From an uncultured virus (IMG/VR IMGVR_UViG_3300049489_000987) (taxonomy: Duplodnaviria; Heunggongvirae; Uroviricota; Caudoviricetes): a DNA stretch of 64,000 nucleotides. The position numbers and the translations under genes were made by a program. Below the pieces are notes generated by a model, which was not told the DNA's origin, did no database searches, and was given only the letters and a program-made list of their open reading frames with translations. Below are positions 1 to 12,000 of the stretch, in pieces. Each line of letters opens with the position of its first letter. The first letter of the stretch is position 1. The stretch lies in the IMG/VR virus record IMGVR_UViG_3300049489_000987. One strand, given 5' to 3'.

Positions 1-924
1 GATTTTACAAATAATTTACCAGATGTTAATTCAACTAAAGATTATGCTAAAACAAGGTCAAGATTCTTTGTAGATATAGACAAAGAAGGATTATTTAAAA
101 TAAATGTTCCAGCATCTTCTGAAACTGGAAATGTACCACTCTTATCAAGATACGAGAATTCTTCATGGTTAGATGATTCAGATACAAACCCAAATAATCT
201 AATATATACTGATCAAGATATATTTTTAGATTCATTTCATAAGGGTTCTATTTCATTGAAAAACAATGATGGAGAATCGGCTCCTAAAGATAGAATATCT
301 GGAAGTTTAATAAAAGCAGGAATGGCTTATCATAATATATTGGATGTATGTAAATACAGTCAAACTAATGATGCTTTACCTAAACAATATATTTCTACAA
401 TAAATAAAGATTCAATAATAACTTTATCCAAAGTAGCTACTGATACTATTTTTATAGATGGTCCATCAGCAAATGCTGGTGGAAGATCAGGACAAATGAA
501 TCTAGATGGGTCATTAGAGCTAAATATAGGCGCTAACACAGCAGATAGGCAGTCACTATGGCTCAATACTGCTGGTGGTATTGTCGCCGCTCTAGGACGC
601 GATAAAGAGGATAATAGCGCTATTGTTCAAATGGACGGAAACCTTTGGCTTCAAATAGGAGGAGAAGGTATTTCTACAGATTCTAGATTCCCTGATGGAA
701 ATGGATTTAAAGCAGGTTCATTAGACATTAGAGTTTTTACAGATGGTAAATATCAAAACATAATAAGAATAGATAATAATGGAATAACAATAATGACACC
801 ATCTAGAATACAAATACAGTCATCTCAAGATATATCTATAAGATCAGATGCAAATTTAACAATTGATGCTGAAAGATTATATTTAAATAATAGACAAGTC
901 TCTAAATCAGGTCCATCAATATAG
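1..924 (+). CDS. 5'-truncated baseplate spike/hub (gp5/VgrG-like) C-terminal region
   Basis: Frame is open from base 1 (DFTNNLPDVNSTK...) into the 256..924 ORF; C-terminus has short beta-strand repeats (IIRIDNNGITI, ISIRSDANLTIDAE); lies upstream of gp25-like and baseplate J-like genes. Confidence 0.5.
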   Translation, partial: DFTNNLPDVNSTKDYAKTRSRFFVDIDKEGLFKINVPASSETGNVPLLSRYENSSWLDDSDTNPNNLIYTDQDIFLDSFHKGSISLKNNDGESAPKDRISGSLIKAGMAYHNILDVCKYSQTNDALPKQYISTINKDSIITLSKVATDTIFIDGPSANAGGRSGQMNLDGSLELNIGANTADRQSLWLNTAGGIVAALGRDKEDNSAIVQMDGNLWLQIGGEGISTDSRFPDGNGFKAGSLDIRVFTDGKYQNIIRIDNNGITIMTPSRIQIQSSQDISIRSDANLTIDAERLYLNNRQVSKSGPSI

Positions 925-932
925 GAATAAAC

Positions 933-3044
933 ATGCCTTGTAAACCAGTAGAAGTTAATATTCCAGATATTCCAAGCAATTCTATCATTGATGGTCTAGG
1001 ATCTCCATTTAGTCTTAGCTTAGGTAAATTGCCATTTGATCTTCCTGAAGGATTTCCTGAGAATTTATTAGATATCTTAGATAAATTACAAATGCTACTT
1101 CCATCAGGGATAGTAAAACCTTCTTTATCATTTAATTATGACAAAACAATTTCTGATGCAATAAGTAAATTATTAAATATATTAATGCCATTTTTAATGC
1201 TTTATAAATTTCTTATTCCTTTACTTAACTTAATTATTTGTGTAATTGAAGTTATTTGTGCATTAAATAATCCATTTGCTTTAAGAAAAAGAATTCGTAA
1301 ATTATTTAGAGTTTGTCTTCCTGCTTTCTTAAATCTATTTCCTATATTTGCGCTAATAGTAATGATAATATCATTATTGCTATTACTATTAGAATTAATA
1401 AAATATATAATACAACAAATAATAGATCTTATAAATGCAATTTTAGCAAACTTAAAAGCTTTATATGCAGCTACAGCAGACGCAAATGAAGAAGCAATAA
1501 TAGCATGTGCTGGCAAAATAGCTGATCTTCTTTGTATCTTCCAAAATATATTCGCAATATTACTTGTCTTTAATATTATAGTAGAAGTAATAAAAGAAAT
1601 GCTAAGCGTTGCTTATAGCATTCCTCCTTGCGATAGTGATTCTGGAGATTGTTGTACGTCAGATGTTTGTCCTGGTATTTTAAAGAATGGTGGATTTGAT
1701 AGAAGTACAGGTACATTAAGTTATACTTCCAAAGTAACTAAAGTAGATCATTTAGGAGCTACAATAGATGAAAGAGATGAATCATGGCAATTTTATGATT
1801 CTAAAGCGCCACCTACATTCCAATTATACGAAATTGCTGAGCCAACTGATGTAAATCCCAATGATTTAAGGTCTGCATTTTTTGCGCAGAATGATTCAGG
1901 ATATGTTTCTTTTAGCAAAAACTCAAAGAACTATAATTACAGTTTAGATTTAACATTTACTTATAATCCTGCTGATTTTGGTAGAAGAGGAAAAGTACGT
2001 AAAGTTACATTTGAAAAATGTATAATTCAAACAGTTCCAACTCAAACATTAACTGATGAATCAAGTACACCAACTTCCACTCACATTCATGCAGGTGTAG
2101 TTAAGTTAGTTGGTGGTTTAGGCAAAGAAGAAGATGGTTCTAAGTTAATGGGATTTGAGGCTGATGGAATAACACCATCTTCTAAACAAGCTACATTAGA
2201 AAACTTTATATATACCAAACCAATAAATGTAACAGATTATACAGATTATCCAGATATGTATACATTAACAAATGTAACATATGTATTTAATCCTTATTAT
2301 GAAATGTTGTATAATGAAGGAATTACGACATTAGGCTGCGATCCTACTCTTAATTTTGAAAAACAAATTGGAAATGAAGCAGCTAAAGTACCTCCTGCTA
2401 GTGAAGTTACTAATGCAATATCAGGAATTAAAATTTCAGATACTATTGATTGCTTAAATAAAGCTGTAGATGATTTTAGAGCTAATTTATCAGAAAAAGG
2501 CGCAGTAGATTTTATTGCTACTTCTACTGCTTGTTTAGGAAAACTAACTGCTGCATCTACCTCAGCAATCAAATCACTAATTGATATAGGGTTCTCTAGA
2601 TATAAGTCAACATTCTTTGCTGAACCTCAAATTCAATTTACTACACAAAAAATTATTATAAAAGTAGACCTGAAAGATAATAGTGGTACTTCATTAACTA
2701 GTAATTTACCAGAGTCAATTGCAAATATAATTGCAGACAAACTATCAGCTACCATTACTCTTGGCACTAGATCTAACTTTGTTTATGATGGTTCTAAATA
2801 CTTTGTTTCTGAAATTTCTTCTAAGAAAGCAGGAAAAGGAACTATAAGCGTTATTTATGATAACCAAGTATTTTACACTTATACTGTAACTGACGATTTA
2901 AATGTACCACCTACGAATGAAGTAACATATGTAAATTATGAATTCATTGAGAGTGGATCATTAGGTAAGGCAGTAGAAACTGGTATTGGCGATACTGAGG
3001 GTAATATTAGGTTTGATGAATCAGATGTAAACAAGGATTCTTAA
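933..3044 (+). CDS. hypothetical virion-associated protein with long hydrophobic helical N-terminal region and a Cys cluster
   Basis: 703-aa ORF with AGGA RBS; hydrophobic segments around aa 80-225; PPCDSDSGDCCTSDVCP; within baseplate module. Confidence 0.55.
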   Translation: MPCKPVEVNIPDIPSNSIIDGLGSPFSLSLGKLPFDLPEGFPENLLDILDKLQMLLPSGIVKPSLSFNYDKTISDAISKLLNILMPFLMLYKFLIPLLNLIICVIEVICALNNPFALRKRIRKLFRVCLPAFLNLFPIFALIVMIISLLLLLLELIKYIIQQIIDLINAILANLKALYAATADANEEAIIACAGKIADLLCIFQNIFAILLVFNIIVEVIKEMLSVAYSIPPCDSDSGDCCTSDVCPGILKNGGFDRSTGTLSYTSKVTKVDHLGATIDERDESWQFYDSKAPPTFQLYEIAEPTDVNPNDLRSAFFAQNDSGYVSFSKNSKNYNYSLDLTFTYNPADFGRRGKVRKVTFEKCIIQTVPTQTLTDESSTPTSTHIHAGVVKLVGGLGKEEDGSKLMGFEADGITPSSKQATLENFIYTKPINVTDYTDYPDMYTLTNVTYVFNPYYEMLYNEGITTLGCDPTLNFEKQIGNEAAKVPPASEVTNAISGIKISDTIDCLNKAVDDFRANLSEKGAVDFIATSTACLGKLTAASTSAIKSLIDIGFSRYKSTFFAEPQIQFTTQKIIIKVDLKDNSGTSLTSNLPESIANIIADKLSATITLGTRSNFVYDGSKYFVSEISSKKAGKGTISVIYDNQVFYTYTVTDDLNVPPTNEVTYVNYEFIESGSLGKAVETGIGDTEGNIRFDESDVNKDS

Positions 3045-4597
3045 TGAAGATAGAAGAAAATCAACAGGAAGCATTAGATAATCTTACCATAAGTAAAGAA
3101 TATGGTTTAGATTTAGAGAAGCTATATTTTACCTATATAAATGAAATAGATTCATATAGGAGTTATACTTTAGTTGATAGTTCTGTTAGATTAAATAATT
3201 CTACTCCTCAAATATCTCAATCGCCACAAGAAAGCAGATGTCATGCTTTTTATAGGATGATTGGTTTTCCTGCTGTAGCTAGTTTAGATGTATTTTATTC
3301 TCCTGGTTTTGCTAATAATTTATCTAATATAGATAATAATAGGAGAGAAATAGCATATTCTGAAGCTAAGAGAGATAATATACTTTCAATATTTTTAGCA
3401 AGAGAGCAATATGTCAAAAACATATTATCAATGTTTTCTAAGAAAGACTCAACTTCTGCTTATTTAGCTTCAGCTATTTTATACCATATAGATTTAAATA
3501 GTATTTTAAACAATACAGCACCATTTGATATTGATTTAAAGAGTTATAATAGAAAAAGCGAGTCAGTTTATAGTAAATTATATGGTGAGACAGATTTTAC
3601 AAAAAGCACATATATAGCTAGTAGACCACATTTTATAAGACCATTTGCGGTATCTCCTGTGATAGAAAAAAATGTAAAACCAGGTTCTAAGATGCTTGGA
3701 ATACCATTTGTTAAAGGAGGAGAACAATATGATGCATCTATTACTGTAAAAAAGTCTTTAATAGAAAAAGTTATCTATGAAAGAATGCTTTATTCAAAAA
3801 CAGATATTAAAAAGCTAACAGAATCTAAAGATCAGCAATTAAATGAACAGATAAATAAAATAAATACTATTCTTGATTCATTTAAAAATAATAAATATAT
3901 AAATTATAATAAATATGTAACTTCTATTATTATAATTCATAAATTAATGGATACTTTGTTTGAATCAAGAAAGCAGATAGAAAAAGTTAGATCTAAATAT
4001 AATTGGTTACCAATGCCAGTAGAAGGTGGCTTTGATAAGGGCGTAACTACTTATGATAATTTAGATAAGTCATTTAGTACAGAAGCAGATAAAGAGATAG
4101 AACAATTACAATATAAATTGTTCATTTATGAGCTTGAAATTCAAACAAAACAAAAAGAAGATCCAGCTAACTATGTATTTGCTTCTGTAGAAGAGGCAAA
4201 TATTGTAGCTGATGCAGAATTAAACTCAAAAAGCCCCAATTTACAATTAAATCTGCAAGAACTTACAAATGACAGAGATCAAGCTTATAAAGAAGCTAAT
4301 ACGGCTTTAGTAGATATAGAAAGAATAATTGGAGAGTTTTCAGGGTTAGGTTTATTAGATATTTTAGTAATAATAAATTCTTTATATATAGTTGACATAG
4401 ATGTTTTAATAGGATTATTAGATTCTACAAGTTTAGAGGCAATGCAAAAAGATAAAGAATTAAAAACATTAATAGAATCTGTAGAAAAGATGACAGTAGG
4501 TACAGCTATAATGAAATTTGAAGAAAAAGTAAGAGAATTTTACAGTATAGCAAACTCCTATTATAAGTTTATTTCCGAAGATAAAGCAACAAAGTGA
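3044..4597 (+). CDS. hypothetical protein (baseplate module)
   Basis: 517-aa ORF coupled to upstream gene by TAATG overlap. Confidence 0.6.
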   Translation: MKIEENQQEALDNLTISKEYGLDLEKLYFTYINEIDSYRSYTLVDSSVRLNNSTPQISQSPQESRCHAFYRMIGFPAVASLDVFYSPGFANNLSNIDNNRREIAYSEAKRDNILSIFLAREQYVKNILSMFSKKDSTSAYLASAILYHIDLNSILNNTAPFDIDLKSYNRKSESVYSKLYGETDFTKSTYIASRPHFIRPFAVSPVIEKNVKPGSKMLGIPFVKGGEQYDASITVKKSLIEKVIYERMLYSKTDIKKLTESKDQQLNEQINKINTILDSFKNNKYINYNKYVTSIIIIHKLMDTLFESRKQIEKVRSKYNWLPMPVEGGFDKGVTTYDNLDKSFSTEADKEIEQLQYKLFIYELEIQTKQKEDPANYVFASVEEANIVADAELNSKSPNLQLNLQELTNDRDQAYKEANTALVDIERIIGEFSGLGLLDILVIINSLYIVDIDVLIGLLDSTSLEAMQKDKELKTLIESVEKMTVGTAIMKFEEKVREFYSIANSYYKFISEDKATK

Positions 4598-4632
4598 TGG
4601 TTATAAAACCGCATTTTTTGTACTGAGGAAAA

Positions 4633-5064
4633 ATGTCATTTGATTTAAAGATTGAAAATGGAGGATTAGTCTTATCTAAAGGCGACCTTAAAAAGGTTGT
4701 TGATAGTGAAAAATTAATTCAAGATATTCTGAAAATGGCATTAACAGAAGCTGGCTCAAATCCAGAACATCCATGGTATGGGTCTTATTTATCACAATCT
4801 ATGATAGGGTCTACACTAGATGAAACGGTTGCAGTTAATCTAGGCAAAGATCAATTAAAAAAATCATTAGATAATTTAATGAGATTACAAGGATTGCAAT
4901 CTCAAACATATCAAGTAGTTACACCTGATGAAATGTTAGGTGTAGTGTTGGATATAACTATAGATAAAGATAGAGGAGATCCTAGATTATTTTGGGTAAG
5001 GATAGTTTGTAGAAGCAAGGGTTTAAAGCCAATTACAACAGCATTTAAGGTTTCGACAATCTAA
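4633..5064 (+). CDS. gp25-like baseplate wedge/sheath initiator
   Basis: 143 aa, GSNPEHPWYGS motif typical of gp25/gpW-like proteins; GAGG RBS; directly upstream of baseplate J-like gene. Confidence 0.7.
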   Translation: MSFDLKIENGGLVLSKGDLKKVVDSEKLIQDILKMALTEAGSNPEHPWYGSYLSQSMIGSTLDETVAVNLGKDQLKKSLDNLMRLQGLQSQTYQVVTPDEMLGVVLDITIDKDRGDPRLFWVRIVCRSKGLKPITTAFKVSTI

Positions 5065-5073
5065 GGAATAGAG

Positions 5074-8000
5074 ATGGTAACAATCCGTAATACAGATAAT
5101 ATTATTTCAGGTTTACTGGACTTTTTAAGCTCAGCACAACCAGACTTAGACACAAAACCAGGAACAGTTGCTAGAGATTTGTTTGTAGATCTTCCTGCAA
5201 ATACAGTATCTTTGCTTTATCAAGAACTATCTCAGATAATAAAATTTAGCTCACTAAAACTTATAGGCGGAGTTGACTTAGATAATTATGCTAAGAACTA
5301 TTCTTTAACAAGAAATCAATCAACAACATCTACAGGTGATGCTTTACTTACATTTAATTCAATACCTTCTAATTTTGGAATAAATAAAGGCTCAGTTGTT
5401 TATTCCAAAAACGGATTAGCTTATAATGTAAGAAATAATATTTTCATACAAACAAATAATACTAATTATTATAAATCAACTGCTTCTAAATATAAAAATG
5501 ATCTTGATTTCTTAGGAATTAAAGATCAATATGCAGTAGTTGCAAATGTAGAATGTTCTTCACCTGGTTTAGCAGGAAGAGCAAGTAAATATGCAATTAA
5601 TACAGTAAATATTTCAGGCATAAATAATGTAACAAATGTTGTAGCATTTATAAATGGCTCTGATGCTGAAACAGACTCTTCTTTTAGAGCTAGGATATTA
5701 TCAGCTTTTACTGGTTCATCAGTTGGTACTGCTATGGGGTATTTAAATGCTGCATTAGCTTCTACTAACATTATTGATGCTTTAGTTATTGAGCCTGGCA
5801 ATCCTTTAATGACAAGAGATGGAACTGTTGTTGTTAAGAATGCCGATTCTTCATTAGAAATAATATCAGAAGGATCAGGTGGCAAGGTAGATGTTATTTG
5901 TTTGGGTTCAGATCTAGTAGAAAATATAGATTCATTTGTTTATAAGGATAAAAGCAATTCAAATGATCCTTCTAATTCTAAAAATGACTTTGTTTTAGGT
6001 CAAATTACAGGATATGAAAATAAGACTATATTACAAAAAAGATTAGAATTAATTAAGAAACAAACATTGCCTGCTCAACCTACTAATGCAATTACTTCTG
6101 TAACTGGAACTTTGAGCGGTTCTAATTTTAAAGAAAAAGTAACAGACCAATATGGTAGAGTTACAGGTAATTATGAGCTATTAAAAGATACAGCTTCTTT
6201 TGGTGGAAGCCCTTGGGGATTTGATAAGTTTCATTGGATTTCAGATAGAATTAAAGATCTAGAAGAAGACAAAATAAAAGGTCAATTAAATGGAAAAGAC
6301 CAAACGTTTTATAGCGATGTAACTAAAATAGCAAAAATAACTCAAAATATATTAATTACAAGTGAAAACTCTAAAGTTACAACTGACAATACTATAATTC
6401 AATTAAATCATACTCCGTGTACAGCTGTAACTAGAGTATTTAATTTAACTACTGGAGAAAGATATTTAATTGTTAATCAAAATCCAAGTGGAACTGGATT
6501 GACTAATACTACTGGTAAAGTAAAGATATCAGGAAGCACTCTTCCTTCTTCAAATGATGTTCTTCAAGTAGATTATACTTGGATTATTAATTATGATAAC
6601 TATTCAGACTTTGATGGCAAAGTTAATACTTATAATACAAGAGAATCAAAAGATTCAATTGATTGGGGATATTCTAGTTTAGTTAGATCAGAACAAATTG
6701 TCTTAAATAAAGATATTTCTAATAATTTCTTTACTGGATATTTAACTCATAATATCTCAGCAGTTAACCATATTAAATCATTTGAGCTAAATACATCAAA
6801 AGCAGTATTAGAGACAAATGGTACTTATATAAATAGATACAAAATACAATTATTAAGTTTAAATGAACAAACAACAAATGTTTTTTCTATTAAAAATATA
6901 AATAATTCTCATGAGTTATCTGCAAATTGTTTGTTTACATCTGAACCAATATTAGTTGCAGGTCAGATAAAATATAATACGACTATCATATTACAACAAA
7001 ATACTTCGATAGAAAACAATTCTATTGTAGAAGTTTTATTAAATGCAAAAGATATTTCATTAAATTCTTCTTTTGAAACTAATAAAATAACAATTCCATC
7101 TGCAAATATAAATACTTCTTATACAACTCAGTTAGTAGACATTTCTTATATTGCAGATTCACAGCTAGTATATTCATCAGCGATATCTAGTTTGCCAGCT
7201 AGTTGTTATTGTGATGGGTTCTTATTAAATTCCAATGCTGGAAGAAGTAGTCAAATAATCAATTCATATAGACATGATGTATTTTTGATTAAACAAAATA
7301 TATCAAGTCAATATTATATTGATTTAGGATTATCTGATTTAGAATATGATGTAACTGTAGATTATGTAATAAATCAAGAAAACAATACAGTATATGCTTC
7401 TAAAGCAACACCTGCTACAATAATTGTGAATAATCATAATTATGAGGTTATTCTTAGTGGAACATTAGCAATAAATACACCAGTAATTGCAATTTATTCT
7501 GTAAGAGATAAAACTAAAAACCAATTATTTACATATACATCAGAACTTTTACAATTTATCTCTAAGGCAGTTGTATACAATCCTATTTCTAGTGAATATT
7601 ATGTTTCACTATCTCATTTAACAAATGCTTCTTCATTATCAGCGTCTATAATAGATGGATATTCTAGTTCTATTTACTCTTCTTTTGTAGATGGGGCAAT
7701 AACTGATTTGTTAAATGGAACAGCTGAATTTACTTCTGCTTTTAACTTTAATACAATAGGTAATTTATTATCTTTAAAGTTAAATATAACAAGTGGCTCA
7801 GATAACAATAGAGGAATTTATAACATTCTAAGCTATAATTCAGGTACTAATAAATTAGTAATATCTAAAAATTTAGATAAAGTAGAAATTTCTAATATAA
7901 TAGCTGTTAGAACTATTGATAATAAAGAAATTCCTATAAAGAGCATATCTAACAACAAACTTATATTAGATGGATTGAATTCAGGTGATATTGGTTCTAC

Positions 8001-9090
8001 TATATTGATAAATGTATTTGAGTCATTAAATGTTAAGCAGGCTCCATCTAAAATTTCAGTAACAATATCAGATCAACAAAATAACTCTGGAACTATAAAT
8101 ATAGCAGGAATAACATTAACAAAAATTGATGCAGTATTTAGTGTAACAGCTAATGGATTGAAGCAAAATTTTGCTGATGCAATAAGAAGTTATTTAGGCT
8201 TATCTTCTGTTTCACAAATCAGTTCAAATATAAGAATAGCTAGATTATCATTCTTAGAAAAAGTAAATACAGTAAGTATAAATAGTAATGAGATACTAAA
8301 TGTAGTAGCGACATATGATGTATTAAATTCATCTGTTAAAGATAATAATCTTTATAAGAATGAATTGATAATAGATTCTACGTTGTCAAATACTGAAGTT
8401 ATTATTAGTGGATCTGTGAATAATTTATCTAATCCAATAAGTCTTGGAGATAAATTACATGCAGTATTTTATATCTCTACGGAAAATGATAATGAATTAT
8501 TAAGTTTCTCAAGAAATGGCACATTAATAACAAATAAGACATTTGCTTATATAGATAAAATCTCAATTGCCTCTGGATTTTCAAATATAAGTTCAGCAAG
8601 AATAATAGCAACAATGTTTAATCAGCCTATATCAAATACAAGGTATAAAACATTTTATGATTATATTGCTCCAAAAACAAATGAAAGAATAACAATAAAT
8701 ACAGATTATAATAGGGCGCTTTCTGATGTAACTCTTAGTATAGAGAAAGCAAGACCTATAAATGCTGATGTTATAGCTAAAGAAGCGACGGCATTATTTG
8801 TAAATGCATCTGTTGCTATAATTATAAAGCAAGAATATTTAAATTCATCGGCAACAGTAATACAAAATGTTAAAGATGCTTTAATTACAGTTATAAATAC
8901 TGATAAATTGGCAGCAGTATTAGATCAGTCAGACTTATTATCAGCAGCAAGTACAGTTGATGGTGTAGATAGAGTTAGAGTTCTAGTATTTAATTTGAAA
9001 GATCAAGTAGGAACTGTATTAAGTATTGTTGCCCAACAAAACGAATATTTAGTTTCAAATAATTTAAGTGTAACTGTAGAAACAAGGTAA
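5074..9090 (+). CDS. baseplate J / gp6-like wedge protein with large internal insertion
   Basis: N-terminal DTKPGTVARDL, LDNYAKNYSLTR and NGSDAETDSSFRARI motifs; C-terminal SDLLSAASTVDGVDRV. Confidence 0.8.
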   Translation: MVTIRNTDNIISGLLDFLSSAQPDLDTKPGTVARDLFVDLPANTVSLLYQELSQIIKFSSLKLIGGVDLDNYAKNYSLTRNQSTTSTGDALLTFNSIPSNFGINKGSVVYSKNGLAYNVRNNIFIQTNNTNYYKSTASKYKNDLDFLGIKDQYAVVANVECSSPGLAGRASKYAINTVNISGINNVTNVVAFINGSDAETDSSFRARILSAFTGSSVGTAMGYLNAALASTNIIDALVIEPGNPLMTRDGTVVVKNADSSLEIISEGSGGKVDVICLGSDLVENIDSFVYKDKSNSNDPSNSKNDFVLGQITGYENKTILQKRLELIKKQTLPAQPTNAITSVTGTLSGSNFKEKVTDQYGRVTGNYELLKDTASFGGSPWGFDKFHWISDRIKDLEEDKIKGQLNGKDQTFYSDVTKIAKITQNILITSENSKVTTDNTIIQLNHTPCTAVTRVFNLTTGERYLIVNQNPSGTGLTNTTGKVKISGSTLPSSNDVLQVDYTWIINYDNYSDFDGKVNTYNTRESKDSIDWGYSSLVRSEQIVLNKDISNNFFTGYLTHNISAVNHIKSFELNTSKAVLETNGTYINRYKIQLLSLNEQTTNVFSIKNINNSHELSANCLFTSEPILVAGQIKYNTTIILQQNTSIENNSIVEVLLNAKDISLNSSFETNKITIPSANINTSYTTQLVDISYIADSQLVYSSAISSLPASCYCDGFLLNSNAGRSSQIINSYRHDVFLIKQNISSQYYIDLGLSDLEYDVTVDYVINQENNTVYASKATPATIIVNNHNYEVILSGTLAINTPVIAIYSVRDKTKNQLFTYTSELLQFISKAVVYNPISSEYYVSLSHLTNASSLSASIIDGYSSSIYSSFVDGAITDLLNGTAEFTSAFNFNTIGNLLSLKLNITSGSDNNRGIYNILSYNSGTNKLVISKNLDKVEISNIIAVRTIDNKEIPIKSISNNKLILDGLNSGDIGSTILINVFESLNVKQAPSKISVTISDQQNNSGTINIAGITLTKIDAVFSVTANGLKQNFADAIRSYLGLSSVSQISSNIRIARLSFLEKVNTVSINSNEILNVVATYDVLNSSVKDNNLYKNELIIDSTLSNTEVIISGSVNNLSNPISLGDKLHAVFYISTENDNELLSFSRNGTLITNKTFAYIDKISIASGFSNISSARIIATMFNQPISNTRYKTFYDYIAPKTNERITINTDYNRALSDVTLSIEKARPINADVIAKEATALFVNASVAIIIKQEYLNSSATVIQNVKDALITVINTDKLAAVLDQSDLLSAASTVDGVDRVRVLVFNLKDQVGTVLSIVAQQNEYLVSNNLSVTVETR

Positions 9091-9091
9091 T

Positions 9092-12000
9092 ATGGATAAT
9101 TTAAGGTTAGTTTCTGTTAATATTATTGACTCAGTAACTATTGAAGTAACTTTTACTCATAATTTATCCACCTCAATAACAAAAAGTAATTTTCAATTAC
9201 TTTCCGAAGCTATTTATACTACAGATTCTTTAGTTACAGATGTTTCAATTACTGAAAATGTAGCAACATTAACTTGTTTGCCATTAGCAGAGTATACTCC
9301 ATATAAGCTAGTAGCAAAATCTGATTCTGTAAAATTCACATCATTAAACAATGATGCTATCTTACTAGAAGATAATATTGCTAATACTTATATTGTTGTA
9401 GGTCCAACTTCTCCTGAAAATCCTATAAGACAATTTTGCGAATCATATCTTAATGGAAGTTTATATGATACAAAATCAGATTTAATTAATTCATATTTAA
9501 ATTCTACTACAGATTTACTTAGTAGAGCTTTATATGATATTAGACAAGCTAAAAACGAGAATTATTTATCAAAATTTATTTCTGATGAAGTAAAGGTAAG
9601 AGGAAAAGGACCTACTGATAGATTAAATGAAGAAGGTAGCTATTATGTTTCAAGAGTAGCTAAAACCCCAACAGGCACAAAATCAATTCTAACAAGAGAT
9701 TTTACTTCTTTCCCATCTTACCCTATCACCTTTAATGAAACGGCTTCTAGTGACGTATTAACGGCTTCTAATACATTTGAAAGAAGTACCTTTAATATAA
9801 ACGAGCTTGTACTTTCACTAAAAGATGATAATGTAATAAAATTAAATTCCTTAACCTTTTCATTATCATCAGCTCCATATGTAATAGATTATCCAATAGA
9901 TACATTTGGATATCAAATATTACAAAACAAATATGATCCAGATCATGCTTCTAAATATTATTTGGAATCAAATCAAATCAAATTGTCATCTAATATATTA
10001 GATGTTACAGGGTTTGATATAAACAATATATTACAAATATCAGTTAATTATAGTTATTCTGATCTTGGAATAAATATTAATGAAAGTACTTTGGCATTAA
10101 CTACAGTATTAACTAAACAAAGAGAAGTAATTCCTACATTATTTAATAAATTTAGTTTTGGTAATGTGCCAATTGTAGATACTAATGGAAATAATGTTAC
10201 TTTTGGTGGTGTAGTATTTTATAATCCAAATGGATTTAATCAGCATCCTGCTTTTATAAATGAAATACCATATAATGTTTCAAATCCTCCGTCATTACCT
10301 GGTCAATTCTCAATTGATTATTTGACAGGAGAATGTTTAGTTTATGGAGCTGAACAATCAGATGGAACAGGAGATCAGCCTCCATTAGCAACTTATAATT
10401 ACAAACATACATATCAAAGCAATATTGATTATCAATATGATGTATTAGCTTCAAAAATAGAAGATAAAAATGACTTAATTGCATTACCAGATGGCGCTTT
10501 AGTCAATGAGAAAGCGACATATTCAGTAGAATTTGAAAAAGTTTTAATCAAAGATATTGATTATAAAGAAAAAACTCATATAGAAGTTTTAAATGAATAT
10601 GTAGATAATAATTTAGTTGCTTTAAATGCAATTAAATTAAAAAATGCTCCAATTACAAATGTTTTCAGAATTTATAATGAGACATCAGGTGAAGTTTACC
10701 AAATTAATAGATGGTATAAAGATAAAGTTTACTTTAACTATATAAATGCCCCAAAAGTTAATGAAGTAATTTTTGAAAGAGTTGCTTTTAACAAAATAAC
10801 AAATGAAGAATTATTGATTAATGAAATTTTATCAGTTAGTGGTCAAAATATATTAAAGATAAACTTAACAAATAATAAGATAACATCAAGAACTGAAGAT
10901 GGAATAGGATCATTTACAAATTCTTCTGTAGAATTTACATCTTCTATATTTGTAGAAGAAGTTAATTATATTTCATCTTTAAATAATCTTTCAGATGGTC
11001 AATATTCAATAGATTATGAAAATGGTGTTATTTATTTTGCTATAACAACTTATTCTAATTTAGGAAAAGTATCATATGGAACAAGCGACATTAAAACGCT
11101 TTATCCAAATATTATTTCAGCAGAAGATATTTATTTTAAGATAAATCCAAAAGATAATAAACAAAAGTCATTTGATATACAATCTTCAGACCAATATATT
11201 GTACCGGCTTCATTAAATTCTGTTAATGAAAGATCATATGATGACGCCTCTTATTATATAAGTAATAAAAAGATAGGTTATTTTAATCCATCTTTTATTA
11301 ATCAAGTAAAATATAATATTAAAGATATTAGGGGTATATATGAGCTGATAGATTATAATCAAAATCCACTTCCTATAAATTTTGCTAGTAATAGTATTTT
11401 TACATCTAATCAAGCTACAGTAGAAACTAAAGTAGTAACTGAATTATGTACAATTAAACAAGATGGATATGGCAAATACATAGACAGCTCATTTCCAATA
11501 AGAATAATATCTTCAACATTAACTTACAATGTTTCTGCTATAGGATTATCTACTTCAATTGACTATTTTGATTACATTGAGGCTGCTGAAAATACAAAGA
11601 TAAGATTGCTTAATACTGCTGTGGTTGGTGATTTAGTTAATTTGAATATACAAATAACTATAAATGATATGTCAAATATCATTATTGATTATAATAAAGG
11701 TGATTTGTATGTCGATTATACATATTTAGCTGATACAATTATAGTTAGCTATGAATATGGCGATAATTTAATTGATTTTACATCATCAAATACAGTATCA
11801 GAAAATGACACATACTATGTTTCATATTATGTTGGAGCATTAAGAGATGCATTATTAACTAATTTTGGTCAGATTATAAATTCGCCAATATTAAATACTT
11901 TTGATACAGACCTAGAACGAGAAAGATATCGAGATGCTGTAATAGGTGCTTTAGCTTCCTTTATAAAAGGACCAACAATAGAAGCTATGAAAGTATTAGG

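Noticed and set aside
4643..4654. 12-nt match (atttaaagattg) between the predicted TnpB guide and the gp25-like gene, suggesting self-targeting
   Set aside because: Preceded by CATTTG rather than the predicted TTAC TAM; a short AT-rich match can occur by chance
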